Assembly: GCA_964016885.1 (NCBI GenBank)
Contig: OZ024745.1
Span: forward strand, 67,642,001-67,706,000
From: Eledone cirrhosa
Taxonomy: Eukaryota
Length of the DNA: 64,000 nt
Direction: 5' to 3'
Shown here: in pieces, positions 57,611 through 64,000 of the stretch
How positions within the stretch are numbered: the first letter of the stretch is position 1
How the letters are laid out: each line of letters begins with the position of its first letter
Notes under the pieces: model-generated
Database searches by the model: none
Told to the model about the DNA's origin: nothing
The model's input: the letters and a program-made list of their open reading frames with translations, nothing else
Translations under genes and position numbers: made by a program

Positions 57611-57876
57611 CTGTAAAAGAGAAAAATCGATACAAATATATTAGTTTTATTACTTACATATTGTGATTTTCTTTTACAAATATCTTTAGCATGTGGGCAT
57701 GTGTATGCATGTGTGTGAATAAATGAGTTTGTGTGTATGAGTGCACGTATGTGTGTGTGTGTGTGCGTATATGAATGTGTCTGTTTTATAGGTTTGTCTA
57801 ATAAGCACATAAAACACACACTGAATGGAAATCTCATATACTGTTTACAGAGTCAAGAAAGTTATTCACGATGATT

Positions 57877-57919
57877 GTTTTTTCGACGTTTCACCGATTC
57901 TACCAGTTTTTCAAAACAG
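57877..57919 (-). ncRNA. Degenerate hammerhead (U3-A8) in an imperfect palindrome of about 57870-57970
   Basis: UUGAAAA-ACUGGU(AGA)AUCGGU-GAAA-CG-UC; stem I is poor; a decayed mirror copy lies on +. Confidence 0.5.
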
Positions 57920-58064
57920 ACTGTTTTGAAAAGCCGGTAGCTTCGGAAAAACTTCGATGTAAACAGTCACAATTAAAATAAATATTATATATATATATAT
58001 TCTACTTCATGTTTGGGATAAATAGTGACCATTATAAGATCACTCTGTAAGTAAAATCACAGAT

Positions 58065-58156
<92 letters not shown>

Positions 58157-58239
58157 TCATATATATGTATATAAATATATATGTATATGAATATATATAT
58201 ATATTCATATATATATATATAAATATGTGTGTGTGTGTG

Positions 58240-58277
<38 letters not shown>

Positions 58278-58357
58278 TTATTCCGGGTTCAACTGGGGGT
58301 AACCACAGTAAGTAAGGTACTCAATACATAACAGAGTATAAATGTTTTAATATAGAA

Positions 58358-58410
58358 AAGCTTCTACAGGACTAGAACTGTTTCATTCGTGAGAAATCAT
58401 CAGGAGGCTT
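58358..58410 (-). ncRNA. Type I hammerhead ribozyme with fold-back duplicate
   Basis: AAGCCUC-CUGAUGA-U-UUC(UCAC)GAA-U-GAAA-CAG(UUCUAGUC)CUG-UA-GAAGCUU; 58382-58433 is a palindrome with 24-bp arms. Confidence 0.75.
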
Positions 58411-58487
58411 CCTGATGATTTCTCACGAATGAATATATATATATATATAGAAAATATATAGAAAATACAATGCAACGGGAGGAAACA

Positions 58488-58541
58488 ATAGCACCACTGA
58501 CGATGTTGCAGATGTGCAACGAAAGAACTTTGATAGACTAT
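58488..58541 (+). ncRNA. Hammerhead motif in a ~290-bp TA-flanked insert (58450-58740)
   Basis: CUGACGA-U-GUUGCA(GAUG)UGCAAC-GAAA-GAAC-UU; stem I is interrupted. Confidence 0.6.
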
Positions 58542-58739
58542 ATATATGTGTTTGTGTCTATATTGTATCTGTATTATTTTTGACCGTTGGTCAGTCAATG
58601 GCAACATTGAGGACCGAATAAATTAGATTACCGATATAAAAGACACAGAAGCGAAAAGCGAAAACCAACCAAACAGTGAGTGTGTACTGTTATTAATTCT
58701 GCCAATATTACACAAATATGACCCTCCCCAAGTATAACA

Positions 58740-58823
<84 letters not shown>

Positions 58824-59408
58824 TTATATATATATATGTGTGTGTATATATATATATAGAGAGAGAGAGAGAGGGGGAGGAGGGATTTCCAGGTAACAGG
58901 CAGAGAAGAGGGTGGCTGATACATTCATCAGCAACACTCAATGGAATTAAGTGATATTGGAATTGAAGAAAATGAAAAGGAATGAAGTATTGTGTTAGTA
59001 ATAATGATAGACAATAATCATGACATTAGCTAGACAAGCAAGCAATGCCCAGTCAAAGTAGATGATCGCTTTTGTCACAAGGAAATCCTATTGTGTTGTT
59101 CTGTCTATTGTATTTTCTTTTATGTTACCTTTTAAACCCAATGAAAATTGATCGCTGATCAGAGCTGGCACCTGTTTGTCTGTTGTCTTGGGAATGTTTT
59201 TAGTGGTTTGGATTCCAGCTTTCACTGTTGACCAGATTTAATTCGTCTGTCCAGATGGCAATCAGCTAATAATTTCAGTCGCTCACAGACTAACTTAATG
59301 GACATAAATAACAGACACTCTTACTCTTAGCACAATGTTCAGTGCACATACATGCACACATATATGCATAAATGCACACACTCACGGACACATACACAAA
59401 TTCACTCG

Positions 59409-59448
<40 letters not shown>

Positions 59449-59454
59449 CATGTA

Positions 59455-59727
59455 CATATATATATATATATATATACATATATATACATATATATACATA
59501 TACATATATATATACATATATATATACATATATATACATACATATACATATATATATATATACATATATATATACATATATACATATATATACATACATA
59601 TACATATACATATATATACATATATATATACATATATACATATATATACATACATATACATATACATATATATATATATATACATATATATATACATATA
59701 TACATATATATATACATATATATATAC

Positions 59728-59758
<31 letters not shown>

Positions 59759-60015
59759 CATATATATATATATACATATATATATATACATATATACATA
59801 TACATATATATATATACATATATACATATAGATATACATATATATATACATATATATATATATACATATATACATACATATATACATATACATATACATA
59901 TATATATACATATATATACATATATATACATATATATACATATATATACATATATACATATATATACATATATACATATACATGTATATATATATACATA
60001 TATACATATATATAT
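59455..60015. repeat. (TA)n/(TACA)n microsatellite
   Basis: Direct inspection. Confidence 0.97.
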
Positions 60016-60267
60016 CAAAAAATTAAATTAAGGGTTGTCATGTATGAGAGACATGCGCCATATCCACTGTAGAATAAGCTCAAAGATTCCAATGAATAGA
60101 TCCGAGCATTTTATATCAACTAGAAATAGATTGACATATATATAAAATAAATACATGGAACAATCACAGTGAATAATTTGTAAAGAATGTAAGCACACAT
60201 AGCTAGGTAGGTAACTAATTAAAGTTTAACTAGAACTTCAAATATAGATACCTTTTAAAATGATTAA

Positions 60268-60361
60268 TCTCCTTTGTATATATTTCTTTAAGTAAGAAAT
60301 ATATTTCACCAATTAATCAGTAAATCACAGTAGTCAAATCCTGGCTGGTCACCAAAGGAGA
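60268..60361 (-). ncRNA. Type I hammerhead ribozyme, G3-C8 core variant, in PLE-like element 60016-60430
   Basis: UCUCCUUUG-GUGACCA-GCCAG..UUGGU-GAAA-UAUAUUUCUU(ACUUA)AAGAAAUAUA-UA-CAAAGGAGA: perfect 9-bp stem I, 11-bp stem III, 5-bp stem II. Confidence 0.85.
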
Positions 60362-61839
60362 AGAAAATAACTATCTGCGTTTACAAAGCAAATGCAAATC
60401 TGATGTGTGTATTTTTTAAAAATACATTAAGTGATGTCATAACTTTTACAATATGCTTAAATTTATCTAAAGGATGGTTTATACATCAAAGACTTAAAAT
60501 TATTCTATTTTTTCGCATTGATTAGACTACGTTTCTGACACAATTTAGTTATTAACTTACATACCCTGTACATTTCGAACGTTCTACCGCTACATGTACT
60601 TCAAATACATTTTACAATTAATCTTTATTTTCACATTCGATTGTGTTATATCATGTCTACTTTACAGATTTCGTTTTGATGCCTCGTGGAAAAAAAAGAA
60701 GTTGCCTCAGCAGATTGTCGACTGGTGATCATCGAAAACTACTTGAACCGTCCAAAGGACGGGTACTTTAGCTAGTGCATATATATATATATAAACGATT
60801 GTCTTCCACACAGATTCCTGAGTCTTTAGTAGAAAGACATTTACCTTAGACACCACATTTAGGTTAGACGCCATATATAGGTGGGGATGTGCATGTGTGG
60901 CGTGGGTGTATGCGTGCACATGTGTGGAGGGTACATGTGTGTGTGTGTGTGCTTGTGTGTGCTTGTCTGTGCATATGTGTATGTGTGTGTGTGTATATGT
61001 GTATTACACTTTTATTGAGAGTGGCGTCGAAGTTTCGCTGGTTATGTAATTTATTTGAAGTCACTGGCAAAATTATAACAAACATTTTGTTGACACAGGC
61101 ATGGCGGAGTGGTTAAGAAGTTTGCGTTGCATTCATGTATTCCTGGGTTCGATTTCATTCAAAGATCATTGAGCAAGTAAATGTTCGTTATTTCAATATA
61201 AGCTTATCAGACAGCTGTCTAGTACAAAGAAATCAATTTTCCACCAACTGAATAACTTAATACAATTATAACCATATACTCTTATATAAAATATTGATAT
61301 ATACCCACAAATTAATTAACCCGTTACCAATAATACTAATACAACTAATATCAAATAATCGATATAGTTAGTAAAATTATCAAAAAATATACATGAAGAT
61401 CTTCTACAAAGTGTCGGAGTAACGGTCCACTAAATTCCATTCAGAATGTATTGGTCAACCCAAAGCTATAGTAGAAGACATTTTTCCTAGGTGCCTGGCC
61501 TATGAGACAAAACTCGAAACCATCTAATTGCGAAGCCAACTCCTCAGTCGCACAACCATATAAGCCCTGCGTCTTATATATTAACACTATTATATACAGT
61601 GGGCGGTGGATTGGCAGTATCGGTAGAGGGTCGGACGCCATGCGTTGTAGTATAGAGTTACGGCCCTTTATGATCTGAGTTCAAATCCCGCCTTTCATTC
61701 TTACAGGGTCGATAAATAAAGTACCAGTCACGCACTGTGGTCTATTTAATCGACCCCCTCCCCCCTCAAATTGCTGGCATTGTGCCTATATAAGAAACCA
61801 TTATGTACAGTGGGTTTTGTAGTCTGTAGGTATACATAC

Positions 61840-62134
61840 CTATGAAGCGCGGTAGCAGTTCTGCTGGTAGACATATTTGGCGAGAGAGTCCTGCGTTGAG
61901 AAAAGCAGCGTTCTGTAAGGAAGGTTGTGTTGAAGCTATGCCGTTTACTGACGATATAAACGGATTGGCATTGGCATTGTGGAACGGTGAAAGGTTAGCG
62001 GTAGGAATACTAAATGAATGACGGACAGCTTCTGATGTTAATAGTGGTGGTGCTGGCGGCGGCGGAGGTGGTGGTGGTGGTGGTGTGGTATGGTCGCTAC
62101 TTTCATTGCTGCTTATTACTTCGTCTTCGGCCAT
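61840..62134 (-). CDS. eyg: Eyegone-type Pax gene, probable first coding exon
   Basis: MAEDEVISS..poly-Pro..ELLPRFI-G|gtatgt, phase 1, compatible with exon 2. An acceptor ttctcaaAG before 62162 implies a further upstream exon. Total CDS 1371 nt. Confidence 0.72.
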
Positions 62135-62638
62135 AATTTCCTTCGGTTGAAAAACGGTTTTTCTTTGAGAAATAGAAAATGAAAAATGTATTAACAATAA
62201 TTGTTTCTACTTTTTGGCACAAGGCCAGCAATTACCCAGTACATTACTGGTATTTTATTTTATCGACCCCGTTAGGATGAAAGGCAAAGTCAACCTCGGC
62301 GGGATTTGAACTCAGATCGTAAAGGGACGTAACTATGCTGGAAAGCATGGCGTCCGACCCTCTACCGATACTGCCAATCCATCCCATTGTTACATAATGC
62401 TCGTGGTTTCTAATGTTTTGACTTCTTTTAGTCAAAATAAAAGACAAATGCTAAGTAAAGAAAGTTTATTAGAATAACAAAAGAACAGCTAGAATTTATA
62501 AGAAAATTAATTAAACAAACATAAGAATAACTAAAGACTTGGTAAAACTGAATTGAGTCAAACCATAAAAAGTTAGTACTTTTTTTTAAATAAATAAATA
62601 GTAGTATAGAAATAGCCGTCCGGTAAATCGAATTTCGG

Positions 62639-62681
<43 letters not shown>

Positions 62682-62687
<6 letters not shown>

Positions 62688-62919
62688 AAAAAAGATGAAA
62701 TCGAAAATGCAACTGGAGTCTTTTTTTTAATATATATTTATTTGGTTCCTTTACCGGTTTCGCAGTTCTTCAAAAGTATGTGAGAAAAACCATAAACCCT
62801 CCATCTAAATTCTACTTTTGAAAAGCAGAAGAACTGCGACCGGTAAAGGAACCAAATAAATATTTTTTTTTTTTTTAAAAGTCTCCAGTTGCATTTTCGA
62901 TTTCATCTTTTTTCCTTAT
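62682..62919. mobile_element. Short PLE-like inverted repeat with two complementarily damaged U3-A8 hammerheads
   Basis: Arms 62682-62778 and 62813-62919. Combining them gives CUU-UUGAAAA-GCAG(AAGAA)CUGC-GAAA-CCGG-UA-AAG. Confidence 0.65.
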
Positions 62920-63313
62920 CCTTTCACTCGTGTGGAACACCTCGGTTTTTTTTCATTTTGTAAAAAAACCTCACTTTCTAATATATATATATATATATAT
63001 ATAATTGTTTCTACTTTAGGCACAAGGCCAGCAATTACCCAGTACATTACTGGTACTTTATTTTATCGACCCCGTAAGGATGAAAGGCAAAGTTAACCTC
63101 GACGGGATTTGAACTCAGACCGTAAAGGGACGTAACTATGCTGGAAAGCATGGCGTCCGACTCTCTACCGATACTGCCAATCCAAGAAAGTAAGTGTTAG
63201 TAAAATCCAGTACTTTAGTATGCGGATAGGGAGCACTCAACGAAGATATAAGTCCCGGAGTTATAATAGTGACGAAACATAAGTCAATTGCATGAACTCA
63301 TAATCCTTTATTT

Positions 63314-63369
63314 ACTACTATATATATTTCGATGATAGCCATTGAATGGCTATGACCTCATCAGGCAGT
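63314..63369 (-). ncRNA. Type I hammerhead ribozyme, intact core
   Basis: ACUGC-CUGAUGA-GGUcAUAGCCAU(UCA)AUGGCUAUcAUC-GAAA-UAUAUA-UA-GUAGU. Confidence 0.85.
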
Positions 63370-63603
63370 TAGTCAGTTCTTAGATATGCCAGCTCTGTGT
63401 GTATAGTGTTGATGGTATCAGAGCCTTGGGACATATATGTCCAACGGCTTATTTTAAATCTACTGTGATTTAAACATATCCGACACTAATTTGCATAATA
63501 GAATAAATAAATTTAATAACCCCACTATCCGGGAGCTTCCAACAGAAATGGTCGCATTCTTTAAGGGTATGTCAATATTTATTTATAAAACTGATCTATA
63601 TTA

Positions 63604-63668
63604 TATTTTATCTGATGAAAGCACACCATAATTTAACTTGGTGTCCTTGAAATATGTATAATGAAATA
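63604..63668 (+). ncRNA. Type I hammerhead ribozyme, Naiad-like pLTR family (same as 12700-12764)
   Basis: UAUUUUAU-CUGAUGA-AAGcACACCA..UGGUGUcCUU-GAAA-UAUGUA-UA-AUGAAAUA; downstream sequence matches 12765-12855. Confidence 0.85.
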
Positions 63669-64000
63669 AATATGGTTTTATAAATATAGTTTCCATTTGT
63701 TAAGATATCGTATTTTTACTCCAATAATTTGTTGAGTGCTTTATATCAGTTATAAAAATATTTGCTTGTTGTATCCCAACAATTTAAATAGAACTTCTAC
63801 ATATATTCTGCTCCTTTATTGTCGAGCACTTTATATTATAACTGAAAAAATGGAATTCTTTAAGATCTATTCTTCTCTAAAGGACATACCTATACCTACG
63901 AATAAAGACTTTATTAAACAATGAATAGAAAAATCAGACTCTTTTATGAGAAGAATCAGGTGGCGTGCTTTCCACTTCGATAAATCTGATGTAAATGAGA

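Noticed and set aside
59140-59260. Hidden PAI-coding exon in the eyegone intron
   Set aside because: The minus-strand frames read here give stops and no NQLGG or GCVSK motif.

Overview
Eukaryotic, very AT-rich animal genomic DNA. The repeat repertoire suggests an octopod cephalopod (inference from pattern recognition, no database search). Two host genes are supported. (1) A single-coding-exon GT31 beta-1,3-glycosyltransferase-like gene (+, 22832-24196) whose DxD motif has degenerated. (2) A five-coding-exon eyegone-type Pax gene (-, 62134 to 40073, 456 aa) with a RED subdomain and an S50 homeodomain but no recognisable PAI subdomain. The rest is mostly repeats: a 4.1-kb (TA)n array, several Penelope-like elements (PLEs; two Naiad-like, one Neptune-like, many short non-autonomous pieces), a decayed full-length Tx1/L1-clade LINE, an RT-deleted CsRn1-type Ty3/Gypsy element with a nested Helitron-like insert, a maT/Tc1 relic, CRE fragments and many tRNA-derived SINEs. 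The most striking hidden signal is about a dozen type I hammerhead ribozyme (HHR) motifs from several unrelated families, folded by hand. One family swaps the catalytic-core 3-8 pair (U-A in one element, G-C in its relative) with covarying helices. There is also a 538-bp terminally redundant retrozyme-like unit, and several HHRs lie sense inside the eyegone transcription unit. All folds, alignments and family names were assigned by eye and need computational and biochemical confirmation.
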